Shown: one piece after another, positions 1-8,078 of the stretch
Numbering within the stretch: the first letter of the stretch is position 1
Layout of the letters: each line of letters opens with the position of its first letter
Notes under the pieces: generated by a model
What the model was told of the DNA's origin: nothing
The model's input: the letters and a program-made list of their open reading frames with translations, nothing else
Databases searched by the model: none
Assembly: GCA_964397255.1 (NCBI GenBank)
Contig: CAYNHQ010000004.1
Span: 186,480-250,479 of the forward strand
Direction: 5' to 3'
Length of the DNA: 64,000 nt
Origin: an uncultured bacterium
GTDB lineage: Bacteria > Bdellovibrionota_G > JALEGL01 > DATDPG01
Program-made: the position numbers and the translations under genes

Positions 1-249
1 CTGAAACGTTTTTTCACTATAGCGGGCATACCGATAAATGGCGGAGAGCGTGGCATTAGTTTCGGCAATTCGAAGGGCTTGCACATACCCTTCTTCAGAG
101 GGGGAAAGATTGTTGTAATCAATCTGGCGATACGAGGCTTCGCGTTGGAGGGTGAACTTCACTTGCTCCAAAAGAGGATCGAGTGTGGTTTCGGCGTAGA
201 CGGTGGGGTACGAAGCCTCGACAAAAAGGCCCAGCGATAGCATCGACAT
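1..249 (-). CDS. Partial (3'-truncated by window edge) outer-membrane efflux protein, TolC-like N-terminus with signal peptide
   Basis: Minus-strand frame is open to position 1. Translation reads M(RRRVVV)MSMLSLGLFVEASYPTVYAETTLDPLLEQVKFTLQREASYRQIDYNNLSPSEEGYVQALRIAETNATLSAIYRY, i.e. a signal peptide followed by a TolC-family N-terminal motif. ATG at 247-249, alternative GTG at 268-270. Not in the ORF track because it runs off the window. Confidence 0.4.
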   Translation of the reverse strand, partial: MSMLSLGLFVEASYPTVYAETTLDPLLEQVKFTLQREASYRQIDYNNLSPSEEGYVQALRIAETNATLSAIYRYARYSEKTFQ

Positions 250-390
250 AACGACGACGCGCCGACGCACGTTTCCCCCCCTTCAAAAGAAACGAACGAG
301 TTGTAGTTGAACTCCCCCCCTGAGGACGGTTTTAGGCGAAGTTTCGTAGGAATGTCAACACAAGTATGATATTTCACGCCGTTTTCTTGG

Positions 391-467
391 GGCGGTGTAG
401 CTCAGTTGGTTAGAGCGAGGGTCTCATAAGCCCTAGGTCCGGGGTTCGATCCCCTGCGCCGCCACCA
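391..467 (+). tRNA. tRNA-Met (anticodon CAT), elongator type; tRNA-Ile2 (lysidine) cannot be excluded; CCA encoded
   Basis: Cloverleaf folded by hand. Acceptor GGCGGTG pairs CGCCGCC (G1:C72 is paired, so it is not an initiator), discriminator A73, CCA. D-arm GCTC-AGTTGGTTA-GAGC. Anticodon stem AGGGT/GCCCT with loop CTCATAA (CAT). T-arm CGGGG-TTCGATC-CCCTG. Confidence 0.85.
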
Positions 468-471
468 AATG
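452..471 (+). repeat. attL core: 20-bp sequence ccctgcgccgccaccaaatg at the tRNA 3' end, repeated exactly at 8353-8372
   Basis: Exact 20-bp direct repeat seen at both positions. Integrase gene lies immediately adjacent. Confidence 0.75.
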
Positions 472-565
472 CGTTCTAACTTCTCGTCATCAAAAAACTT
501 TTTCTTCAACGTAGGGTCAGTTGGGTAACTTTGGGTAACAGCTCGGGTTACTTTTACTTCGCTGC

Positions 566-1837
566 TTACGAATGTCGAACCAAAGAGATGACTTTGGCTC
601 CTTCCGGACTCGGAGGGTTCTCGGTCGGTTTATCTTTCCCCAACGCGAATTTTTCAATCGCGTTCCTTTGCGTTCTCTCTGCCACCTTCGCGTAATGCTG
701 CGTGACGGCGAGATCTCGGTGACCCATCGCTGCTTGCGCAGCCCGAATATCATTCGTCTGATCCGCATAAATTGAGGCGAATGTGTGACGCATGACATGC
801 GTTGACCTCACTGGAAGGCCCAGGGCCCGATACGCTTTCTTGTAGGCATTCTGGAGCGCCGGGTACTTGAGCATCTCCCCTTCTTTGTGAAAGACAAAGG
901 GGCCGTTCGTCCCTTTCAGTTTCCATTCGCTCAAGAGACGAACCAGACGTGACGGCATGACCACCTTTCGGAGGTCTCCCGTCTTGGTCCCCTCACGTAG
1001 GAACGGTTCCTTCGTTCGATACTGCCAGTAACAGACTCGCTTGATCTCCACGGCTGAATTCTGAAGATCGACGCAGTCCCACTGAAGACCGCACGATTCA
1101 CCGATCCGCGCGCCACAGAGCGCTTGGAACGACGCCAGGTAATAATAAACCGGCCGATGATGCGTGCGAAGACGTTCGAGAAATCTCTCTAAGTCCACCT
1201 CAGAAAGCGAAATGTCCGGCTTTCCCGGCTTCGCTTTAAAGAAAGCATCCCGTCGGTGTCGCTTGAGTATCGGAGGTTGAAACCTCGGATTCTTATACTC
1301 GCGATACCAGTTCAGTATCGTCATGAGCGTTTTTACCTCACGCAAGAACGACACGCGCGTTGCCTTCTTCGGGTAGGAAGGATCGATCATGTATTTCAAC
1401 CACCGATCGATATCTTCCGCCGAGAGATCCTCCACAGGAATTTCGAAGAGAGCTCCAAAATGAAAGATCTCCTTCGTTAAAGAATCCCACGTGCCTGGCG
1501 CGAATCTCGGCGGCTTTGACCACTCCCTCCAGTCCGCAACGAGGTTTTGTATTGTGTACGTGTTCTCTTTACGGATGGGAATCTCAGGATTGGATTCGGT
1601 TCTCCAGCCCCGAGCCTCATCGACCGTATGAAAAAGTCGGATCTGCTGGACGATTTTTCCCAGCATTTTCACCCGACGAACGGCGCGATAACTCTTCGCC
1701 TTACTTCCGACGACGGAGCGAAGATCGATGTAACGTTGTTTTTCCTCGCTCCAGACAGTGATCTTGAAGATCCCCGGATATCCCCGCACTTTGGTCAGAC
1801 GGCGTGTATCCCTCTTTCTGTTTTGATGATTATCCAT
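566..1837 (-). CDS. int: Tyrosine-type site-specific integrase (phage integrase family)
   Basis: C-terminal catalytic motifs ...ARIGESCGLQWDCVDL...HVMRHTFASIYA...GHRDLAVTQHYAKV (R, HxxR and Y signature). Adjacent to the tRNA attachment site. The first Met of the ORF may be upstream of the real start. Confidence 0.85.
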   Translation of the reverse strand: MDNHQNRKRDTRRLTKVRGYPGIFKITVWSEEKQRYIDLRSVVGSKAKSYRAVRRVKMLGKIVQQIRLFHTVDEARGWRTESNPEIPIRKENTYTIQNLVADWREWSKPPRFAPGTWDSLTKEIFHFGALFEIPVEDLSAEDIDRWLKYMIDPSYPKKATRVSFLREVKTLMTILNWYREYKNPRFQPPILKRHRRDAFFKAKPGKPDISLSEVDLERFLERLRTHHRPVYYYLASFQALCGARIGESCGLQWDCVDLQNSAVEIKRVCYWQYRTKEPFLREGTKTGDLRKVVMPSRLVRLLSEWKLKGTNGPFVFHKEGEMLKYPALQNAYKKAYRALGLPVRSTHVMRHTFASIYADQTNDIRAAQAAMGHRDLAVTQHYAKVAERTQRNAIEKFALGKDKPTENPPSPEGAKVISLVRHS

Positions 1838-2093
1838 ACTGCTGACTCCTCTCTGATAACCACCTGCGAATCACTTCGGAGCTGAAACGAACCATCCGCG
1901 GCGTAGGTCGGACCGTTGGGATCTTCCCCTGCCAGACTAAATTCCGAATGGTGCCTTTGCTGCATTGAAGGACTTCCGCCAATTCACTGACCGTAAGCAG
2001 TCGGCCTATTCCCTTTTCAAAGATCAAGCCCTCGCGAAGTTGAAATTTCCTCGGGCCGAATTGCGCGATCTTATCATCCTGCATGGGAAACAA
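1830..2093 (-). CDS. xis: AlpA/Xis-family excisionase-type helix-turn-helix DNA-binding protein
   Basis: 87 aa with MerR-like HTH LLTVSELAEVLQCSKGTIRNLVWQGKIPTVRP. Lies immediately upstream of int, overlapping it by 8 nt. This is the typical int-xis arrangement. Confidence 0.6.
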   Translation of the reverse strand: MFPMQDDKIAQFGPRKFQLREGLIFEKGIGRLLTVSELAEVLQCSKGTIRNLVWQGKIPTVRPTPRMVRFSSEVIRRWLSERSQQYG

Positions 2094-2114
2094 CCTTTCT
2101 TTTTCAAATCCTCA

Positions 2115-3488
2115 TCAGAAATCGATCTCCGGGCCGCTCTTTTTCTCGAGGCTCACGTCTCCGAAGAGCGTCAGCGTTTTTTCATTTTTTCGAACTGGTC
2201 GGCGAACCACTTCTGGTCTACGGGATTGAGATTGGGAATCACCTTCTCTTGAAACGTCCTCCAGAGAATCGCGTCCTGGTTCTCTTTCAGATAAAAACGC
2301 CAAATGGAACAGACGCTTACCGCCACCACCGCCATGGCGAGGTTCAGGAGAAAGAAGACCCCGATCGCTTTGAGCTTGATTCCGTTGTTGGCTTGTCGAA
2401 TATCCTCCAGAACGTCCTGCGCCCGTTCGCAGGAGGAGCGAAAGCTCTCGCCCGCCGATTGATAGGTTCGCTGTAGCTGCTGGCTTTCGACCTGCGATTT
2501 GTGGGTCATCTCCCTTAACGAATCGAGCAAGGGACAGATTTTTTTCTCGAAGTCGTTGGCCACGTTTTTGAAGCTCTCGTGAGAGATCTGGAGAAGGTAG
2601 GGCGGATCCTTTTCGGAACTGTTCGATGGCCTGGAAAAGTCTTGGGTCATCTCGGTTTTGGTCATAACTGATTCCTTTCTCTTGTTGTAAGCCGTGCCAC
2701 GTATAGGCTCGGCCGAGGTTACTTCCTTTCATCGATTCGCCGTCCAGACGAAAGCGAATTCCTGAAATGTGGCCGGTCTTGGCCTGGTACGGAGAGACAT
2801 CGACATGCTGGTCCTGAAGCCGTCCAATAAAATCACTCATCGTCGGCTTTCCCTGTGCCGCTTCGTCGATGATCTGTTGTAGTCGGAGCTTTGTACTTGG
2901 CTCGCCGGTCCGAAGAACCCTGTGCAACTCTCCGGAGGTCGGTGATCGTGAGAGCGATTCCCGGCTTGGCAGAACTCGGGTCAGTCCATGCTCCAATTCC
3001 AGGCTCCGAATGGTCGTTTCACTCCGGCGGTAGTCGTGACTTTCTGAAACGACTTTGCCGTCTATGCCGATTCGGTTTGCCACAATATGAATATGGTCGT
3101 GAGGCGTATCGGTGTGTCGGACGATCAGGAATTGCGATTTCTTAAATCCCATCCGGTCGAGATAGGTGTGCGCAACCTCGTTCCATTTCTGATCCGAAAG
3201 GCGCTCGCCGGGTGGTAACGAAAGGCTTGCGTGGTACACGGGCCTTTTCATGCTCGGTTTCAAATTCCGGACCGCTCCGAATTCGGCGATAAGGTCTTTC
3301 GGGGATCGACCGACCATGTTTCCGCCGATCTGCTGCGCACCCTCCTTCCCGAGAACATACTTAACGAGGCCGCCAAAACTCTTCCCTTTGGTCTGCTTAC
3401 CGATCACGCCAACCTCGATGCCAAAACGTTTAGCGCCAGGTTCTGAACGGCGGCGCTTATCTCTTCGAGCAGGCCGACGCCGACGCAA
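2115..3488 (-). CDS. mobA: Mobilization relaxase (MobA/MobL-type relaxase domain)
   Basis: Catalytic Tyr region GKSFGGLVKYVLGKEG and 3-His motif HTDTPHDHIHIVANRIG. The first ~28 codons of the ORF overlap the mobC 3' end, so the real start is probably near 3405-3420 (GTG or ATT). The C-terminal ~180 aa are low-complexity (R/S/G-rich) and overlap an alternative-frame ORF. Confidence 0.7.
   Translation of the reverse strand: MRRRRPARRDKRRRSEPGAKRFGIEVGVIGKQTKGKSFGGLVKYVLGKEGAQQIGGNMVGRSPKDLIAEFGAVRNLKPSMKRPVYHASLSLPPGERLSDQKWNEVAHTYLDRMGFKKSQFLIVRHTDTPHDHIHIVANRIGIDGKVVSESHDYRRSETTIRSLELEHGLTRVLPSRESLSRSPTSGELHRVLRTGEPSTKLRLQQIIDEAAQGKPTMSDFIGRLQDQHVDVSPYQAKTGHISGIRFRLDGESMKGSNLGRAYTWHGLQQEKGISYDQNRDDPRLFQAIEQFRKGSALPSPDLSRELQKRGQRLREKNLSLARFVKGDDPQIAGRKPAATANLSIGGRELSLLLRTGAGRSGGYSTSQQRNQAQSDRGLLSPEPRHGGGGGKRLFHLAFLSEREPGRDSLEDVSREGDSQSQSRRPEVVRRPVRKNEKTLTLFGDVSLEKKSGPEIDF
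2171..2665 (-). CDS. Hypothetical membrane protein encoded out of frame inside the relaxase gene (mobB-like nested ORF)
   Basis: 164 aa with balanced composition and a clear TM helix AIGVFFLLNLAMAVVAVSVCSIW. It lies entirely within the 3' third of the relaxase ORF in another frame. Confidence 0.3.
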   Translation of the reverse strand: MTKTEMTQDFSRPSNSSEKDPPYLLQISHESFKNVANDFEKKICPLLDSLREMTHKSQVESQQLQRTYQSAGESFRSSCERAQDVLEDIRQANNGIKLKAIGVFFLLNLAMAVVAVSVCSIWRFYLKENQDAILWRTFQEKVIPNLNPVDQKWFADQFEKMKKR

Positions 3489-3829
3489 CTCGCCTGCCCG
3501 GAATGAATGGCCTTTGTCAGCTGGTTGAGGTTGTTCCCGACGCGAGCAAGCTCTTGATACGCGGATCTATTGATCTCGGGTGCGGGAAGAGGCGGAAGTC
3601 TACGCTTCAATACCGCCCGCCGGACGTATTCGCTCAGGCTTAGGTGGAAAGCTCGAGCGCTCATTCCGATCTCTTTTCGTTCTTCCGGCGTGAACCGAAT
3701 GGGAACGACGCGAGTCCTCCCGCGAACGGAGTGAGTGGGACCGCAAATCGACGTAGTCGGTTTGCATGGCTCGCTACTCACTTCTTCCCACATTCTTTCC
3801 CCCTGCTTCTCTTCCCATTTCTTTTTCAT
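3404..3829 (-). CDS. mobC: Relaxosome accessory protein MobC (ribbon-helix-helix mobilization protein)
   Basis: VVPIRFTPEERKEIGMSARAFHLSLSEYVRRAVL...YQELARVGNNLNQLTKAIHSGQ matches the MobC signature (RxTxEE...SxSEYIR...GNNLNQ). Start taken at the internal ATG at 3827-3829 (MKKKWEE). The upstream part of the 276-aa ORF overlaps a plus-strand gene and is judged non-coding. Confidence 0.7.
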   Translation of the reverse strand: MKKKWEEKQGERMWEEVSSEPCKPTTSICGPTHSVRGRTRVVPIRFTPEERKEIGMSARAFHLSLSEYVRRAVLKRRLPPLPAPEINRSAYQELARVGNNLNQLTKAIHSGQASCVGVGLLEEISAAVQNLALNVLASRLA

Positions 3830-3926
3830 CTTTTTGTCTTTTCTCTCTACGCATCTGTGATATAACACATTTGAGGTACACCGTGTCAACGCATAGTTAC
3901 GTGATAAAATATAACGTTTTAAGCCT

Positions 3927-4760
3927 ATGAATGTATTCAAAAATTCCGGGCAGCCTCCGGAGCCAGGTGTCGCCCAGGCGGAGAAGCCTCGATCGAACTT
4001 GGTCGGAATGAATGTACGGCTGGAGCCATCCCTCAAAAAGGCGATCGAGGCAGTAACTTGGGAATCCGGAGTCTCCCCAGGCGGGCTCATTCGAAGGCTC
4101 TCGTTCCAGGACATCACGAGAAATGTTGCGAACCGATGGAAGGCCCCGGAGTGGATCAAAGAGGAGCCACGTGCAGCGAACCTGAATTTTCTTGTGCTTG
4201 CCCGACATTCGGAAGCGATTCGACTTCGAGCCAAGGAACTAAATTTAAGCCTGACCGACTACATTCGCTCGCTCGCCATTTTCCAGGTTTTTGAAGCTGA
4301 AAAAGTGTTCAAAGAAAAGGGTCAAAAATTAACAATCTTGGACGAAACCTCAAGACACTATTGGCCAACCCTCGAAGCAAAATCGAAAAAGAGTTGGCTA
4401 TCGAAATGGACAAAAAGCAAGAGAGACCCAGACCTTCAAGACCAATTTCTACGCGACGTCGAGGGCGTTGACATCGCCGCCGGATACACCACGTACAAAG
4501 GCAAGAAGATCATCGAGCTTGTGAAAGGCGAGGCAGAAAAAGAGGGCTTAAGTCTTGCGGCCTATCAAAAGAAGCTCGTGTATGAAGACCTGGAACGAAA
4601 ATATGGGATGAAATTTGTGGCAGAAATTCTCGACGAACCGTTTGAGCAATGGGAGATGTATGATGATTTTATAAAGCGTGTGATCGATGATACCGGAAAG
4701 GTGAATATGGAATTCCTGAAACTCAAATCCTCGGCAAAATCGCCGCATACGAAGAAGTGA
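3927..4760 (+). CDS. Hypothetical protein with two N-terminal ribbon-helix-helix (CopG/MetJ-like) motifs
   Basis: MNVRLEPSLKKAIEAV... and FLVLARHSEAIRLRAKELNLSLTDYIRSLAI resemble RHH beta-strand plus helix units. The K/E-rich C-terminal ~150 aa is of unknown function. 16-nt gap to the next gene on the same strand. Confidence 0.5.
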   Translation: MNVFKNSGQPPEPGVAQAEKPRSNLVGMNVRLEPSLKKAIEAVTWESGVSPGGLIRRLSFQDITRNVANRWKAPEWIKEEPRAANLNFLVLARHSEAIRLRAKELNLSLTDYIRSLAIFQVFEAEKVFKEKGQKLTILDETSRHYWPTLEAKSKKSWLSKWTKSKRDPDLQDQFLRDVEGVDIAAGYTTYKGKKIIELVKGEAEKEGLSLAAYQKKLVYEDLERKYGMKFVAEILDEPFEQWEMYDDFIKRVIDDTGKVNMEFLKLKSSAKSPHTKK

Positions 4761-4776
4761 TGGAGATCAAAACTCA

Positions 4777-6243
4777 GTGACTCTGAATGAACTACGCCGC
4801 CTTGTCCGTGAAGGCGAAGGCCCCGGACTGGAGTTCAAACGAACGACGGGAGAGCTGAGCCGCGGTTTAGAAACGATATGTGCTTTTTTGAATACGGAAG
4901 GTGGACAGGTTTTGTTCGGCGTCGGCCCCAAGGGGACGATCGAAGGGCAGCAAGTCTCATCCCAAACCCTGCATGAAATCACCCAGGCATTCAGCCGATT
5001 CGAACCGCCGGCGGTGATCAAGATTGAACGGGTCAAGATCGGAAAAGGGCGCGAAATACTTGTTCTAAACCCGAAAATCGATTCGGAGTCGCTGCCGTTC
5101 ACGTTTGATGGTCGCCCCTATGAACGAGTCGGAAACACGACTCGGAAGATGCCGCAGCACCGATATGAGTCCCTTCTTTTTGAACGGGCTCACGCCACGC
5201 GGCGATGGGAGAATCAACCCGCCGAGGGCGTGCGTCTCAAAGACCTCGATCACGAGGAAATTTTAGCAACAAGGGAAGCCGCCATTGCGCAACGGCGGAT
5301 CTCCGCAGGAACCAGCCGGGATATCGGAGACATCCTCGACCGACTCGGCCTTCGCGTCGATGGAAAGATCACGCAGGCAGCGCAAGTTCTCTATGGGACG
5401 AAGTTCTTGCCTTACTATGCCCAGTGCCTTCTAAAAATGGGAAGGTTTCGGGGAACAAAAATCACAGGGGAAATCGTCGACAACAAGCAAGAACATTTGC
5501 ACGCTTTCGCGGTCGTACGGGAGGGGATGGCATTTTTAGACCGAACGCTTCCGCTCGGCGCGCGTTTCCCCGAGGGAAAGATTTTCCGGGAAGACCGCCT
5601 TCCGATTCCTCCGAATGCGCTCCGAGAAATCCTTCTCAATGCGGTGATGCATCGGGATTATTCCGATTATGGTGGACACATTGCGATCGCGATTTTCGAT
5701 GACCGCGTCGAAATCAGGAGTGCAGGAAAGCTTCCGGCCGGCGTGACCGTAGATCAACTATCAGGTCCTCACCTTTCAAAACTCCGTAACCTTCTCATCG
5801 CTGGAACGTTTCACCGGACCGGGGCGGTCGAAATCTGGGGTCGCGGCACAGACCGAGTCGTGGACGAGTGCAAACAGCATGGAATCGATCCCCCGATTTT
5901 TGAGGAACGACAAGGGTTCCTGATTGTAACGTTTCGGGCGCAGGTCGTCGTTACCTCGCGACAGCTAGAGTCACAGCCAGAGTCACAGCTAGAGTCGCGG
6001 CCAGAGTCGCTCGATAGACGGGTTTTAATTTTCCTCGAGAACGGTCCTTTGGGAAAAGCGGAAATTGCGGCGCGTATGAGCCAAAAGAAAGTCTCTGGCC
6101 AGCTCAACAAGGTGATTCGGGAACTCGTGAGCGAAGGCCTAATCGTGTATACGATTCCTGAAAAGCCAAACAGCCGGTTGCAGCGATATCAGATAACCAA
6201 AGTAGGCAAAAAACTCTTGGAGAAGAACGGTGAAAGCGAATAG
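4777..6243 (+). CDS. Schlafen-like AlbA_2 (putative DNA-binding) + HATPase_c_4 (RecG C-terminal-like ATPase) + C-terminal winged-HTH protein
   Basis: N-terminus LEFKRTTGELSRGLETICAFLNTEGGQVLFGV (AlbA_2-like). Central LREILLNAVMHRDYSDYGGHIAIAIFDDRVEIRSAGKLP (HATPase_c-like). C-terminus DRRVLIFLENGPLGKAEIAARMS... (wHTH). Family assignment made from memory of motifs. Confidence 0.65.
   Translation: MTLNELRRLVREGEGPGLEFKRTTGELSRGLETICAFLNTEGGQVLFGVGPKGTIEGQQVSSQTLHEITQAFSRFEPPAVIKIERVKIGKGREILVLNPKIDSESLPFTFDGRPYERVGNTTRKMPQHRYESLLFERAHATRRWENQPAEGVRLKDLDHEEILATREAAIAQRRISAGTSRDIGDILDRLGLRVDGKITQAAQVLYGTKFLPYYAQCLLKMGRFRGTKITGEIVDNKQEHLHAFAVVREGMAFLDRTLPLGARFPEGKIFREDRLPIPPNALREILLNAVMHRDYSDYGGHIAIAIFDDRVEIRSAGKLPAGVTVDQLSGPHLSKLRNLLIAGTFHRTGAVEIWGRGTDRVVDECKQHGIDPPIFEERQGFLIVTFRAQVVVTSRQLESQPESQLESRPESLDRRVLIFLENGPLGKAEIAARMSQKKVSGQLNKVIRELVSEGLIVYTIPEKPNSRLQRYQITKVGKKLLEKNGESE
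5961..6008 (+). repeat. In-frame 12-bp tandem repeat x4 (acagctagagtc / acagccagagtc / acagctagagtc / gcggccagagtc) encoding QLES-QPES-QLES-RPES
   Basis: Seen directly in the sequence. Lies between the ATPase core and the C-terminal wHTH of the 4777-6243 gene. Confidence 0.9.
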
Positions 6244-6495
6244 GCGACTGAATTACGGCGCGGAATAGCGACCGTTTTGCAATGCCTCTCCTTTACACCT
6301 GGCCACCGGCCGCTGAAGTCTCCCCATTGATCCGCGACAGTTTCGCAGAGACATTCACTCCGCAGCCCTCGCCCTCAAAGAAAAAATATTAATGATATTA
6401 ATTGCTTATATCTGAAATCCATTCTCTATAAATGGCCTATTGAATGCATGGAAATAGTGTGACAATATGCGTCAATTTTTCGAACGAGGTGTGAG

Positions 6496-7299
6496 ATGAG
6501 AACGAAGTGGATGGCAATAACGATGGCTGCTCTGGCGACCGCGTCGGCGCAAGCGGCTTCTGAAAAATCCGATCGGATTTGTGGGTTTCCCGGCGAAGCG
6601 GGTCACAATATTGAGCAGAGAATTGCGGATTGCAAAGTGGCCTACCCATCCGATTCAACACGGAAGTCCGACACGTCGAACGCAACCATCTCGTTGGTGA
6701 CTCGCTTGATTTCAAACAGTGGAAAGTCGGAAGATGTTTGGAAAGAGATGCCTAGCGGCCTTCTATGGTCGGATATCATTAAGCGAGTGACTGATCCCCC
6801 GAGCGACAAAGCACCTGATTCATCGGAGAAGCCCAAAACTACTTATTCATGGAATGAACTCATAGAGTGGGCAAAGTTGAAAACGGAGCCAGGTTCGTTG
6901 GAGTTTTTGGATGACGTAGAAACATATAGATGGGTCGAGAGGAAATATTCTGGAGGCAAATCCGTAAAATTTGATGACCCCGCTGGGAAAACCGTTTGCC
7001 AACTCGCGACTGAGAAGTTGGCCGCAATGGGGGGGCTTAAAGATGTTCATTGGCATCTTCCGACAGCTGACGAGCTAGCCCACATCGGAAGGGTGGATCA
7101 GAGCCGTTACAACGAATACGAAAAGAAAAATATCACAGGGAATGGGCTTTTTGCGAAACTTCCGAACATGGCCGATCATTGGTTTTGGTCCTCGTCGCCT
7201 GCCGGTGGCGTCAACGCGTGGGGGCTCAGCGGGAGCTTCGGCGATGTCGTCAGCGACGACCGCGACTACGACGGCGCCGTACGTTGCTTGGGCCGCTAG
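6496..7299 (+). CDS. Secreted DUF1566 (Lcl C-terminal domain-like) protein with signal peptide
   Basis: Signal peptide MRTKWMAITMAALATASAQA. C-terminal motifs VHWHLPTADEL...FWSSSPAGGVNAWGLSGSFGDV resemble DUF1566. AT-rich promoter region upstream. Confidence 0.5.
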   Translation: MRTKWMAITMAALATASAQAASEKSDRICGFPGEAGHNIEQRIADCKVAYPSDSTRKSDTSNATISLVTRLISNSGKSEDVWKEMPSGLLWSDIIKRVTDPPSDKAPDSSEKPKTTYSWNELIEWAKLKTEPGSLEFLDDVETYRWVERKYSGGKSVKFDDPAGKTVCQLATEKLAAMGGLKDVHWHLPTADELAHIGRVDQSRYNEYEKKNITGNGLFAKLPNMADHWFWSSSPAGGVNAWGLSGSFGDVVSDDRDYDGAVRCLGR

Positions 7300-7322
7300 G
7301 CGTGGGAAGGGTCAGCTTAGAA

Positions 7323-7366
7323 GGGGACTATCAGTCCGTGATGGATTGATAGTCCCCTTTGATTTT
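7323..7366 (+). terminator. Rho-independent terminator after the DUF1566 gene
   Basis: Perfect 11-bp inverted repeat ggggactatca / tgatagtcccc (loop 13 nt) followed by tttgatttt. Confidence 0.7.
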
Positions 7367-7496
7367 CACCCGTTTTCGATGGATCGAAATCTCTTCGGGA
7401 ATCGCACGGAACTCGGTGGTCCAATCGACCAGCCGATCGAGGGATTCTTTCCGAAGTCGATAGCTTTGGGCATGAATCAGATAGCCGAGGCAGGAA

Positions 7497-8078
7497 TTGA
7501 GTTTTGCCAGGCGGCTCTCAGTTATTTTCGGCCAGCTGGGAAACGCGAGCGCCTGGGTACCCGGCAACATCACGGATAATGTGTACGCCGAAATCTTATT
7601 CCTACGCGAGCTGGAGAAAAAGGAGACTGCGCCCACTGGCAGCGCAACAGTTGCTGAAAAAGTTAAAGGACCCAAGAACATTCAAGAGGCTATTGCCAAT
7701 TCTATTCGATTCCTAACGCGAGAATTAAGCGGACATGTGAAACTCTTGAGCCAGCACAATCAGCCCAAGGAGCTCTATAAAGAGATGGCAATTGAACAAT
7801 CCGGGTATGGGATGATCTGTCCTTTAGGAGATGTTGGCCAATGTCTCCTCTTACCAAAGGCCATAAAGGACGTTCTTCCGATTCAGATGCAGCATCTCAC
7901 GCCCGAAGTGGAAAAGTTTGTAAAGGCCACTACCGGGAAACTCATATATTACGACCCCGCACTCTTCGCCCAACGGGTCAGAGAAGCGAACGAGAAACAT
8001 CAGCGTGAGATCATTCGCGAAGGTCAATTCGCCGCCGAAGCGCAACAAAAAGCAGTCGATCGGCAATTGAAGTGGTAG
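7497..8078 (+). CDS. Hypothetical protein (island cargo); true start uncertain
   Basis: 193-aa ORF with protein-like composition from ~VYAEILFLRELEKKE onward. No recognisable domain. Overlaps a probably spurious minus-strand ORF. Confidence 0.35.
   Translation: MSFARRLSVIFGQLGNASAWVPGNITDNVYAEILFLRELEKKETAPTGSATVAEKVKGPKNIQEAIANSIRFLTRELSGHVKLLSQHNQPKELYKEMAIEQSGYGMICPLGDVGQCLLLPKAIKDVLPIQMQHLTPEVEKFVKATTGKLIYYDPALFAQRVREANEKHQREIIREGQFAAEAQQKAVDRQLKW

Noticed and set aside
3404-4234. Full 276-aa minus-strand ORF called as one protein
   Set aside because: Only the C-terminal 141 aa (3404-3829) carry the MobC signature. The upstream part overlaps the well-formed plus-strand gene 3927-4760 and has a biased R/S-rich composition. 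Start reassigned to the internal ATG.
5205-5757. R-rich alternative-frame ORFs inside the AlbA_2/HATPase gene (5205-5702 +, 5415-5639 -, 5536-5757 -)
   Set aside because: Extreme Arg/Ser/Gly composition typical of off-frame translation. Fully embedded in a gene with clear domain motifs.
7331-7681. 116-aa minus-strand ORF
   Set aside because: Its 3' end contains the strong plus-strand terminator hairpin (7323-7366) and its 5' part overlaps the 193-aa plus-strand ORF. No recognisable domain. Likely spurious.
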